Origin: Octopus vulgaris | Lineage: Eukaryota | Length of the DNA: 64,000 nucleotides | Reading direction: 5' to 3' | Assembly (NCBI GenBank): GCA_951406725.2 | Contig: OX597822.1 | Span: forward strand, 56,420,001-56,484,000 | Shown here: one piece after another, positions 41,480 through 54,242 of the stretch | Numbering within the stretch: the first letter of the stretch is position 1 | Layout: each line of letters begins with the position of its first letter | Position numbers and translations under genes: made by a program | Notes under the pieces: model-generated | What the model was told of the DNA's origin: nothing | What the model saw: the letters and a program-made list of their open reading frames with translations, nothing else | Databases searched by the model: none

Positions 41480-43035
41480 GACCTGGAGAAAGGAGTCATA
41501 ACTAGTTGCACATTTTTCTCTACCTATTTGATCATGGGATTGAATCTCTTCATAACAGCTGCCGATAAAGAAGTCCAAGGACGAACAATAGGATCAGGTG
41601 GCCAACAACATCCAATAAGGAGTTTCATGCATGATCTTACAGTGACAACTACAACCGATATGGTAGAAGAACAGGTACTGACTTCACTTCAGCACACGGT
41701 AACATGAGCTACAATGACGATTATATCCCGAAAATCTAAAAGTATGATGATCAGACGTGGCAAATTAACGAACATCAAGCTGCAAGTGCAAGGAGAGGCT
41801 ATTCCATCAATAGAGGAAAATTCAATCAAATGCTTTGAATTGTGAGAATGCAATGAACTATGTGTATGCATGCTTATGTTGTTTGAGTATACATTTTTTA
41901 CGAAAATATGCATGCTGTACATGTATGTATTTTTTTATACGTAACAATTTTGACTAGCTTTTCATTACCAAACTTCATCATGTCGTTGTCGTTAACTCAT
42001 TCTCAACTCGCTGGCGAAAATTATTATTTGTCTACCGCATCTGTCAAAGAAGTTGAATAAAGTCTTATTTCCAATACGGCAATTCTGTTCTTACAAACGA
42101 TCGTCAGTCTGAAATTGTCCGTTCTGTACTCTAGTATTTAAATTTCACCTTGGAAAGAGGCTTAACAATTCACTCTCTGACAGAAGGAACGTCACCAATA
42201 CTGAGAAACAAGTAGAGGAATGGCTGAGGGGGACTGAAAAATCAGGGTTTCCAGAAAAATTCAAAGCATGGCTCTAACAACACAAACTACTCACAAGATT
42301 CATATAGTTACTGACAGTGTATGAGATTTCAGTGACAAGAGTAGAAAGAGTGGAAAGAAAGGTAAACAAATACCTCCACCACCACTACCGAAGGTGGCTA
42401 GATGTCCCCCTCGAGATTCACTTCAATTGGCATGTACATAAGATCTGGACAGCTTCAACATCCCCTATCATCCGTGGTGGGAGAATTCCAAGTTATGAAA
42501 TATAGAGTTATAATGACGTACAGGTACTCCCCAGGATGAGCGTGTCTGACATGCAAGTATCACAACAAGGCTCAGGCTAAAGCAGGTGGAGAGTACCACA
42601 GTTGCATAGGTTGAAAGCCTACTGAAGCTACATGACATCATTGGAATTGCATGCAGAAATGTCTCGGTTGGAGAAGATGAACGTATAGGAGAGGAGGGAC
42701 ATGATCCAAGCAGAAGTACGGAACCTGGAAGCAGAAAGACGAAGGTCAAGATTTGTGGGGCTGGGATCTCAAGGAGCCTCGAAAAATGGGATCTCCCTAA
42801 AAGGAAGTACACATAGACAGACCTCTGGAGACTGGAACCTTTCCGTACCTTTTTTCCTGTTGCGGACGATGACGCACTCCCAACTCCAACAAACCTGCAC
42901 ATATGGAGTTGGAGGGAGACCAGCTGTGAAGACTTTGTTGAGAAAAGGGCATCCTGGCACACATCTTTACAGGTTGCAAAATAGCACTTACTCGAGGAAG
43001 ATACAAGTGGTGCCATGACAAGGTGCTTGCAACAC
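41480..43035 (+). mobile_element. Degenerate HERO-like non-LTR retrotransposon fragments
   Basis: FMHDLTVTT (degenerate FMDD motif), KFKAWL, LTVYEISVTRVERVERKVNKYL, DDALPTPTNLHIW. Clade assignment is by motif resemblance. Confidence 0.6.
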
Positions 43036-43391
43036 TCGCCCACATGCATTGCCTGAGTGTGTGTGTATATGTTCGTGTGTGTATGTGTGTGTATGTGCAT
43101 ATATATGTGTGCATTCCCATATGTATGTGTGTATACATATGCATATGACTATGTGCGTATGTATGCGTGTGTGTGTAACTGTGCATGTATGTATGTGTGT
43201 GTGTTTGCCTGTGTGTCGGAAAGAACAAAAGCGTATATGAAGGTAAGGAGTGAATAAATATGATATATAGAGATTATAAACGAGAAAAAAGGTTATAAGA
43301 TAAGAGATAAAAAGTTGAAAATAAAAAAAGTTAAAAGATAAAGCAAAAGGTTAAAAGATTAGAGTAAAAGGTTAAAAGATAAAACTCTTAC

Positions 43392-44878
43392 CCTGATTTG
43401 GAAAAGTTTGCAAAATAACTTGACAGCATTTTTGACACAAATTTGACTTCTGGTGAATATTTTTCATCCGATAATAGTTGGGAAAACGCGAAATAAACAT
43501 CACTTCCATGTATCACACCCATCCATTCCGGCCAGGGCATAGCTTTTGGTCGATACTCAAAAGAATACATATAAACATTGGAATAGGTACTAAATTCCTT
43601 GGAAAAGTTAATAGTAGGACATTTAAACATGATATCACCCGCTACTTGGTCTAATATGTATCTGTATTTTTCAGTTTCAGAAGAGGTATCGACATGAGAA
43701 CCATAAAGATGCGAGATGGACTCCAACTGCAGAGAATTTAATTGTTTTGGTTCGATTAGATTTCTCATCATTTTGTGTGCGACAGATTTGTTTACAGGAA
43801 CATTTGTGTTTGGAGCGAAATATTCGGGGTATCTTATTACAATCATCAAACTTCCTTCATTTTTAAGAAAACCAATCATCACATCCTTTTTCATTTTTTT
43901 ATTCTGTACAATTTCTTTCGGCTTCTCCTGTAAGAAATAGTTATCTATAATAGGAGCAAAAGGAAATTCTGTGATGTTCTTGAAATTATAATATTGTCCC
44001 ATAGATATGTTGTTTGCATCGGCATTTAGAAAGCAATCTAACATCACCTTATCGTTCTCAGTTGGACATTTCAAGAAGGCAGCCATTTCTTTCGCTCTTT
44101 CAATATTTCCCTCTTTTGACCTAATTGACCAATCAGTGGTAGCTATCCCACTCATTATAATTGCATTCCTGAATATTTTTCGAGAAATTGGTGACATAAC
44201 ATGAAAACTAACACTTATTGCACCAGCACTCTGTCCAAACAGTGTCAGTTTATCAGGGTCTCCGCCGAATGATGCAATGTTATCACGAATCCAACTTATT
44301 GCAAGGGTTTGATCAAGTAGTCCCATATTGCCTGGAGCACGTTCGTCATTTAAGGAAAGAAAACCAAAGGGTCCAACTCTATAATTAAGTGATGCAACGA
44401 TAATCTTTTGACTGGCAGCTAAGAATCGTCCATCGTATGCGTCTAGCGTACTTGACCCAGAAACAAGTGCACCCCCATATATCCATATCATTGTGGCTAA
44501 ATTTGAATGGGACTTTCGAGCTTCTGTTGGCGCCCAAATGTTCAAATAAAGACAGTCTTCGCTTATATTAGTATTAACTTTAAACGAATCTGCACCTTCA
44601 ATATGATCAAATGCATCAACAAGTTGTATACACGATGAAACATGTTTCTTAGTTTCTTTTATACCACTCCACCGCTCAATTGGCTCTGGTCTTTTAAATC
44701 TTAGATTACCAACAGGAGGTTTGGCAAATGGTATTCCAAGAAAGACATCAATATCAACATTCTGAACTGAGAATGTGGATCCTTTAATCGTTCCAGTGGT
44801 AGTATCAATTATCGGATCTTCCGCAAGAACGTAAATTTTTAAAAGAGAAATTATGAAAATATATTTCAGTCCTTCCAT
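43392..44878 (-). CDS. Cholinesterase/acetylcholinesterase-like carboxylesterase, paralog B, coding exon 1
   Basis: ORF 43388-44878 aligns colinearly with paralog A and has FGQSAG, KNEGS and WPEWMGVIHG. Donor GG|GTAAGA is at 43391. Acceptor AG at 44910-44909 is again 30 nt before the ATG. Confidence 0.93.
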
Positions 44879-45049
44879 GATATGAATATCGCAATTGTTG
44901 ATGAGATTCTGAAAGAAAGAAAAAGTAAAAGAAATGAATTATATCTGACTGAGTCTTGATGCAAAGTAGCTAAATCTTTACTTTATTTTAAATGTCACAC
45001 TGTATCACAGTAAAGCAAGTTTGGTGAATATAATAAAGGAAGGCCATAT

Positions 45050-45340
45050 GGAGGCACATGGCCTAGTGGTTAGAGCAGCGGACTCGAGGTCGAGTGATCG
45101 GGGGTTCGAATCTCAAACCGGAGATGTGTGTGTTTATGACCGAAACACCTAAGCTCCATGCGGCTCCGGCAGAAGTTAATGGCGAACTTCTGCTGACTCT
45201 TTCGCCACAATTTCTCTCACTCTTTCCTCCTGCATCTTGCAGCTCACCTGCGACGGACGGTCTAAGTGGGGAACCTATACGCCAAGGAAACCGGGAAACG
45301 GGCCCTTATGAGGCAGGCGTGGCTCGAGAAGGAACAATAA
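45050..45340 (+). mobile_element. tRNA-derived SINE related to family 2
   Basis: TGGCCTAGTGGTTAGAGC...GGTTCGAATCTC head. Confidence 0.75.
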
Positions 45341-45352
45341 AGCAAAAGTGCT

Positions 45353-45830
45353 AAATTAGATCACAAAATAATTAGAAGACTTAAAATATTATTAGTATCT
45401 AAAGTTCTGTAGCCTAAATATAAAGTAGTCAGGCCAAATTTACACTCATTGGAGCAGTTGCCTTTGCACGGTTGTTCAACTAATTGGCTATAGATTCGAA
45501 TTGGTTGGACGTAAATTTTAATCGGTATTTGATCATGAATGATTTACAGAAGATTCGAGTGTAAATGGAAGCCGTCCGGTCGTAAGCTTAGTTTAGCTTA
45601 CGACCGGACGGCTTCCATTTACACTCGAATCTTCTGTAAATCATTCATGATCAAATACCGATTAAAATTTACGTCCAACCAATTCGAATCTATAGCCAAT
45701 TAGTTGAACAACCGTGCAAAGGCAACTGCTCCAATGAGTGTAAATTTGGCCTGACTACTTTATATTTAGGCTACAGAACTTTAGATACTAATAATATTTT
45801 AAGTCTTCTAATTATTTTGTGATCTAATTT
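45353..45830. repeat. Perfect palindrome: 236-bp arms, 6-bp spacer
   Basis: 45353-45588 is the reverse complement of 45595-45830 with no mismatch seen; spacer TAGTTT. Confidence 0.95.
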
Positions 45831-46517
45831 GGCTTAATCGATGATATTAGCCCTGCCGGAAAGTTGCCGATACCCTTCCCCCGCTTTAACCAATCACCAA
45901 ATGAATTCTGACGTGTATAACTCGTATTTGAAATTCTGAGCATTAATGAAGAGAATCAACAGACAACTATTACTGTGCAAGCGCACATTCACACACACAC
46001 ACACATATACGCACACGCACGCACACACGCACACATACATACACACGCGCACCCACTCTCATATATGTGTGCATGTATGTGGATATAAACGTATGCATCT
46101 GTATATATATTTATTTATTATATACATATATATGTGCGTGTGTGTGTGTGTGTGTATATTACGTGTTTGTGTGTGTATGTGTGTGTTTGTCCGTGTGTTT
46201 GTGTGTGTGTGTGTGTGTACTAACAAAGGCAGCAATATAAAACGCAATACAGAACCAAAAAGGAAAAAGGAAAAGTTCAGTTGTCTGTAATTGCGACTGG
46301 GGGTATCGAGTAGAACCTATATTGCAAGAAATAAGAGTTAAAACCAGTTACAACTGCAAGAAAGCACATTTTCATATACTGACAGGGGAGATAACCGTCC
46401 CACAGTGAAGCTAGATCAATATACTAGACTAGCTTCGCTTTAAAAATTACAAGCTCATTAGTAGGGAATACTCCGTCGTTGCATGGTTTGGTTGGATCCT
46501 TACTTTCAGTATATACG

Positions 46518-46604
<87 letters not shown>

Positions 46605-46639
46605 GTGTATGTGTGTATGTGTGAAATATATTTGCCATC

Positions 46640-47520
46640 TAAATATGGCTAACCACTAAGGGTGGATGTTACTGTAGCTTGTAGCCCCAGGAGAACATCT
46701 CCAGCTGTCTATTGGCACACTTTCTGTGCCCTATCGAGTCAATACCCAGAAACTGCAGTCAGTGCGTATCACTTAGGTTGACGAGGGAAGGATGACCTCC
46801 CTTTGCAAATACCGATAGAAATCATTACATCAAGAGAAAACATGATAAGTAGACACTCCCAGGTGATCATATAATGTTTTTGGAATCTGAAAAACATATT
46901 TTGAAACGGAATACAATCAACCTCCCTTAGCATAAGAAGGAACACAAACAAACAAACAAATAAACCAATATTTAGGATGATATTCATTATACCACTCTAC
47001 CACCAGAAACATCTAAAAAATCACCCTAAGAAAGTATCATTTATCGATTCAGACAATGATCTCCTACAGCTAATGGTGGTAGTGTATGTACCAGCTGACC
47101 TATTTACTTCACAATTTATTGAAAATAGTCGTGCCTTAAATGAGATCGAACAAAGGAACGTACTACCCATCCTTGATATCTGCAGACTGAATAGCAAAAT
47201 AAGTCCAACATCAGCACACACACCTCCTTCCCCATATAACTACCATTCCCTTCTCTTTTTCCATCACTTTCTCTTCCTCGCCACCAAATACAAACAGAAA
47301 TACCCACATAACTCAATCAACCTCCGCACTAGTCGAAAGGGATAAAGGTCCTTCTAGTAAAAATCCCTTATGTTATATCGTCTGAAGAAATGAATCTATG
47401 GAGATGATCTACCCGATGTCCACGGATACTACGGACTATACTGTAAGCATCCCAGGAACACGGGCGGTGGTCTTTAGAGACATGTGATATGTGGAAACGC
47501 GCGTAGCGATGCATGAAATG
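46640..47520 (+). mobile_element. Penelope-like remnant with inverted pseudo-LTR segment
   Basis: 46645-46732 is an inverted homolog of the 25084-25223 repeat. 46782-46811 matches about 25428-25457. It ends in a hammerhead motif. Confidence 0.6.
47377..47510 (+). ncRNA. Hammerhead motif with about 100-nt stem II insertion
   Basis: ATCGT-CTGAAGA...GAAA-CGCGCG-TA-GCGAT. Confidence 0.55.
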
Positions 47521-47540
47521 TTTATGAATTCCATCCAAGG

Positions 47541-47609
<69 letters not shown>

Positions 47610-47634
47610 AATAATAATAATAATATTAATAATG

Positions 47635-47704
<70 letters not shown>

Positions 47705-47717
47705 GAAATAATAAATA

Positions 47718-49526
47718 ATGCTAAATAGAACTGGATGCGGATATAAATGTTACGGCAAAACGATCAGCCACCTTTTATATATGGATGACCTAAAACTATA
47801 CGCTGCAAATGACAAACAGCTGGAAACACTATTAAAGACAGTTCATGGATTTACCAAAGAAATAGATATGAAATTTGGATTAGAGAAATGCGCCAAAGTA
47901 ACCCTGAAAAGAGGAAAACTAGTTAAGAGTAGCAACATCACACTAGATAAAACCAATGAAATAAAAGAATTAGACCAAAGCCAAACTTACAAATACTTAG
48001 GAATCCATGAACTAGATAAGACACAACACACACAAATGAAAGAGAAAATAAAAAAAGAATATTATAGACGAGTTAGATCAATACTAAAAACAGAGCTCAA
48101 TGCTAAAACAAGATAATAGGTATTAACACTTTAGCTGTCCCAGTTATAAGTTACAGCTACAATATCCTTAACTGGACACTAAATGAACTGACCAAAATAG
48201 ATAGGAAAACAAGAAAAATAATGACAGGATCTAGGATGCATCACCCAAAATCTGACATAGAAAGACTATATATACAACGTATAGAAGGTGGTAGAGGCCT
48301 TATACAACTGGAAAACTACTATAAAATAACCACCATAGTTCTGCAAAAATATATACTTCAGAAGGAAGGAAAACTGATACAAATAGCGGCAAAACACGAG
48401 CAAAACAAAAAACTGTTCTCAGCATTTAAGGAAGCTGACAAATACAAACAAGAAATCATACCACCTAAGAAATATGAAGAAGAAGAAGAAGAAGAAGAAG
48501 AAGAAGAAGAAGAAGAAGAAGAAGAAGAAGAAGAAGAAGAAGAAGAAGAAGAAGAAGAAGAAGAAGAAGAAGAAGAAGAAGAAGAAGAAGAAGAACAACA
48601 AAAGCTATAAAACAAATGAAATCCAAACTAAAAATAGAACAGCAACGAACCATGATAAAATGATGACAAGAAAAGCCCCTTCATGGTAAATACTGGACTA
48701 AACTAAACGCAAAAGAAATAGACAAAGAAAAATCCCAGCAATGGTTGAGAAGCTCAGGACTCAAAGCAGAAACAGAGGGATTTTTAATTGCAGCACAAGA
48801 CCAAAGCCTCCCCACCAGAAATTACCAAAAACATGTAATGAAAAGAAATATAACAAGTAACTGCAGAATATGTGGAGATGGACAAGAAACAATAAATCAT
48901 ATTATCTCTAGCTGCCCAGTCCTGGCTAAGAAGGAATATATTCACAGACATGACAGAGTTGGAACCTACATACATTGGAAGCTATGCCAACATTATGGAA
49001 TAACAACAGAAAAAAGATGGTATAGGCACACACCAGAAAAGGTCACAGAAAACGAGAAAGCAACCATACTCTGGGATATGCCGATACACACAGATAGAGA
49101 AATTAAGGCCAACATACCAGATATAGTTGTCAAAGATCATGAAGAAAAAAAAATGCTTTCTAATTGATGTATCAATACCGGCTGATGACAACGTGTCTCT
49201 AAAAGAAATGGAGAAACTCTCAAAATACAAAGACCTGGAAATAGAAGTAACCAGAATGTGGAATCTAAAAACAGAAACAATTCCTATCATAGTAGGTGCA
49301 TTAGGCATGATAAAAAAATATTCAGACAAATACATAACAAAAACACCAGGACTTACAAACATATATAACATACAGAAAATTGCACTACTAGGCACTGCAC
49401 ACATCCTACGCAGAATACTTTCCATACAATAACCATCAGAGCATCACAACAAATCACAGTACATACCCAAGGCACACAGAGCTGCGCTCGGTAGTGAAGT
49501 GAAAGCACGCTATAAAAATAAAACTA

Positions 49527-49530
<4 letters not shown>
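47718..49530 (+). mobile_element. 5'-truncated R4/Dong-like non-LTR retrotransposon (RT C-terminus, CCHC, RLE), frameshifted
   Basis: HLLYMDDLKLY, GGRGL, CRICG...HIISSC, PDIVV...LIDVSIP...KLSKYKDL. Flanked by (TAA)n on both sides. Confidence 0.92.
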
Positions 49531-49565
<35 letters not shown>

Positions 49566-50560
49566 TATAATATACTTATCCTACGTTATATCGGTATGGC
49601 GCGATGCAACTCCAAAAATTGTTTCACCAGTAAACATAAGATCGTAGCCGGTATAATGGGATAGGAGCTTTATTTGCACATTTAAAACGTTTCCTGTAAA
49701 CAAATTTACAAGATATATATACACACATACATGTGTGTGTGTGACTGTGTGTGTGTGTGTGAGACTGTGTGTATGTATAAGTGTGTGTGTGTGTGTGTGT
49801 GTGTGTGTTAGTGTTTGTGTGTAAGTGTGAGTGTAAGTGTGTGTGTGTGTGTATACGACGGTTTTCTTTCAGTTTTCGCCAACCAATTCTACACACAAGG
49901 CTTTCGTCGACCCGAGGCTATAGAAGGTACTAGTTCTCAATTGTAAACATTTAGATTAACAGTGTCGTATTATGATTAAGCAGTTTTATATCTCAAGGTT
50001 TGCAGCTATAACCTCCCTAATTTCTATAAAAATAAGTAAGACTAAACTTTCTAATGTGGCTTCCCTTGGTCTAAGATATGATATGCTTTAAGGGAGGTTT
50101 AGTTGCTATTTCTAGCAGCTCAACCAACCATTTAGAAGCTGTTGCGCTGGCGCGAATAGTTTTCATTGGAATATACGAATCCTTTCTGCTATAGGCACAA
50201 GGCCTGAAATTTGGGGGGAGGGGGCCAGTCGGTTTGATCACCCGAGTACGCAACTGGTACTTAATTTATCAACTCCGAGAGGATGAAAGGCAAAGTCGAC
50301 CTCGGTGGAATTTGAATTCAGAATGTAGCAACGGGCGTGCTAACATGAAAAGAAAATGTGAATAAATATTAAGTAGGTCATTGAAATTTCTTGCACGGCA
50401 AATCTTCCGCTATTTAGCAAGATTATTTTAATTATTCCCCAAAAAATGGAAATGTTATCACAGAAATTTCACAATTTCCAAAACAGGAAATGTTTATATC
50501 CTTATTCCTCTCATTCTCTCTCCCCCCTCTCTCTCTCTCTCTCTCTCCCATACGCGCGCG

Positions 50561-50599
<39 letters not shown>

Positions 50600-51564
50600 T
50601 AGCGTTTCTATTTTTTTTTATTTCTTTATTGCCCACAAGTTGCTAAACATAGAGGGGACAAACAAGGAGAGATAAAGGGTTTCAGTCGATTACATCGATC
50701 CCCAGCGCGTAACTGGTACTTATTTAATCGACCTCGAAAGGATGAAAGGCAAAGTCGACCTCGGCGGAATTTGAACTCAGAACGTAACGCTAGAAGAAAT
50801 GCCGTTAGGTTGCATTTAAACATTTTCCAACCAAATTTCTTAGATTCTGTCCATTTTCAATCGTTCATATATAAATTTATGCTTTCTATTATTTTATTTC
50901 AGAATTTTTTTTTGTCAGATTATATTGTAAATACAAACTCAAAGATGAAAACGAGAGTCAAAAACCTAGCTTTCTCACATCTATTATTAATTGAACTTAC
51001 CCTATTGTCTGTGAACTCTACAACCATACAACTGAAGCCAATAAAGGCCTATACCAACATGTTTATATTCCTGTCTGCGATAGTGTAGTATGTAAAGTAT
51101 TTTATGCAGGTCCTGATGACATTTATGTTGGTACAAACGAATGAACGATAAAAAAAACAAACAAAATGTATCAGCGAGCGAGACAGAAAGAGAGTGTGAA
51201 TGAGAGGGAGTGGGAAAGTCAGAGTGAGGCGGAAAGGGGGTGAATCATGCTATTCGTAACGAAAGGCATAGCGGGAGTTAATCGTGTGATTATTAATAGG
51301 CTTAAATAAAAAGAGAGCTACATAAGGAAAGAGGAAGATAGATAGATAGATACTTTATGAGGTTGAAAGAGGGCGTTAAACCGAATGCAATCTGAGACAT
51401 AGAAGAGAGGAGAGGAAAACTTGGTATATACATGTATATATATATACACATATATGTCCACATATCAACACGCACACATACACATACTATTACGAATCAA
51501 ATACTTTCATCATAAACAAATAAAATTTCAAGCGTTATCTGTCAAAGGGAAATAACTTATATGA

Positions 51565-52060
51565 ATGACTAATATGAACCGAATCATCTCGCTTAAAGGA
51601 TATAAAACCAGGCCTACAAATAAAACATACGAGATAGACGAAAGATGGAGGGAATACAGGGAGCTGGCCACGGATTTGGTAAGACTAGTAATGTTTCCAC
51701 TCATAAAAACGACAAAAAGAGCAGATTTAGTCCTATGGGACAGAGAACAGAGAATAGGAATTTTGCTAGAACTGACAGTGCCATGGGAAGAGAACATCGA
51801 CAATGCAGAGAAACGAAAGGAGAAGAGGTACGAAAAACTAATCGAAGAGTGTAGAGAACAGGGATGGAATGTCGAGTATTACCACTTGGCAGTGGGGGGC
51901 TAGAGGCTTCATTGAAAGGAAAATGACAACGCTTTTCAAAAGAAGATTTGTTTATTTCTAGCGCGGAGCTGAGAAAACTAATAAGGAGAGTACAGGAGGC
52001 GGTTGAAAAAGCCAGCTTCTGTGTATGGCTGAAGCGAAAGACCAAAAGTGAAAGTCATAA
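51565..52060 (+). mobile_element. RLE domain remnant of a HERO-like non-LTR retrotransposon
   Basis: TTKRADLVLW...ILLELTVPWEENIDNAEKRKEKRYEKL...QGW...AVG, then VQEAVEKASFCVWLKR. Confidence 0.75.
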
Positions 52061-52859
52061 CATGCCGGCGGGAAATAACATCACTAGGTGAGACAAGGTG
52101 ACACTGAATTAGCTTCGCTGACTGACAGGCGACGGTCTCGTTTAGAGAATGCGTGGGCTAAGACTACGCGCCTTCATTGGTCAGTTAAAGTTGAGACAGT
52201 GTCACGTGACAACTTGCTGGGGCTGCCTGCTGGAGTCTATGCGGCAGGTATTTAAAGGGAAAATTTTACAAGGCAGTCAGTCGCCCGCTGACACTCGTTG
52301 AAGCTACATCGAAGAGGTCAGGGAACAGAAGAAAGAAGAAAGACATGCTCCCAACACCAGAGCTGAAGACACCTCCGAAAAGGGAGGGGAACCACGTCAA
52401 AACCGTAGAGGAGTAGGGGTCGAAACCGGACGTGGTTCCTCCTGATGATGTCTTGAGTTAAATGGATCCTATAAATGATCTGTTGTGGTAGCAGACCACG
52501 AAACACGGTTGAAATTGCCCGAATCATCTCACTTGTTTAATTCCATCATTGTGTAACGTCTATTTTCTTTATGCACACAATTACTATATATCAGAGACGA
52601 ATTAACAGAGGTGGACACCATTAATCGAAAATTTAACTTCGTTAATATTTAATCCGTTAACCAAAAGTTAGCTTCGTTAATCGTTAATCCATTAATTCTT
52701 CAAAAATGTAACGGAAATTAACGTTAACTCTAATTGAAAAAAGGCATAGCTACAGTTTAATACCCCACCGAATTTGTTGTCGCATAACTTCCAGAAGGAT
52801 GGATAGTTTTTAAGGAAAGTTTCACCAAATAATCGATTACATCCTGTACATTGAGTGTA

Positions 52860-53146
52860 TTCTTTTATTCTTTTACTTGTTTCAGTCATTCGACTGTGGC
52901 CATGCAGGAGCACCGCTTTTAGGCGAGCAAATAGACTCTAGGACTTATAAGCCTAGTACTTTTTCTATCGGTCTCTTTTGCCAAACCGCTAAATGACGGG
53001 GATATAAACACACCAGCATCGGTTGTCAAGCGATGTGGGGGGGGGACAAACGCACACACACACATACGCAATCAGACACACAGACACACACACACATGCA
53101 TACACACACACACATACATACATACATACATACATACATACATACA

Positions 53147-53218
<72 letters not shown>

Positions 53219-53245
53219 TGTATACGACGGACTTTTTTCAGTTTC
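52860..53245 (-). mobile_element. SINE family 1, partial
   Basis: Reverse complement of 4950-5225. Confidence 0.8.
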
Positions 53246-53723
53246 ATCTATTTGATTTTCATCTGCCTTGGCGCTTGTGATTGGTTCAGAGAGTATTTCA
53301 ATTTGCTTTTCAGTTACATTGACTCTTTCTATCATTACTGCATTATCATCAGACCTGGGTTAGTCTATAATCATTTCCTCAGTAGCATCTTCTTTAGTTG
53401 CAACTTCGTTCTTTTTATCCCTTACTGTTTGTTTAATTTGGTCAATCTCTAATTCAGTTAGTCATTTCTTTTTCATATGTAAACTTCATATGTAATCTTG
53501 GCAACGTCAGAAGAAACATTCCTCAGTTTCTCTTTCATTTTCTTTTCCATTATCTCGTTAAACTCTAGTACACCAAGGTATTTATATCCTTCCGTTTCAA
53601 TTTGTTTAATCAAGTCTCTATTCGGTAATTCTATTTTTAGTTTCATCTTTGCCGTACATTTTCAAATTATCATTCAAATAATAATAATAATAATAATAAT
53701 GATAATAATGATAATAATAATAA

Positions 53724-54237
53724 CTGGCAGTATCGCCCGGCGTTGCTCGGGTTTGTAAGGGAAATAACTATATAAGCATTTTTAGAGAGTTACTTCCCTT
53801 ATAGATGCCAATTCGGGCTCTCTTAGCCATTTCTGTTTTGGTGTCTTCAAGCCATGAAGTCGTTGTTCTAAAAGAACGCTGGTCTCCTTGACAACGCTTT
53901 ACGACGTTGATATCCTTACACTCCCTTCCTCACAGCTTCACGAGGGAGGGAAGAAGGGGAGAAGCAAACAGGTGCAGGTGTGACCATGGACGCCAACTCC
54001 GCCGCCATCGACACACGAAAAATTATGCATTAAAATGGAATAAAAAATTATGTTAAATTATTTTTAAAATCGTAGACTCATCGTAGACGCGCGCTAATAC
54101 TCAGACGGGCTTGATATGAATCACGACTATAAGATACCCGAATTTGGTTAAACTGCACCGCAAAATGTGGGAGTAGTTAGGAATCTAAATCGAAGGGGAC
54201 AGACACTCACACAACTACAGTTTTATATATATATAGA
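53724..54237 (-). mobile_element. Non-autonomous Helitron, copy 2
   Basis: Same termini as 5637-6025 (3' end CCAG variant). Inserted between A and T of a (TAA)n run. Confidence 0.75.
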
Positions 54238-54242
54238 TAATA

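Noticed and set aside
45050-45125. tRNA-like sequences here and at 11364 and about 33820-33878
   Set aside because: They have A and B boxes but continue into SINE bodies and lack a convincing cloverleaf.
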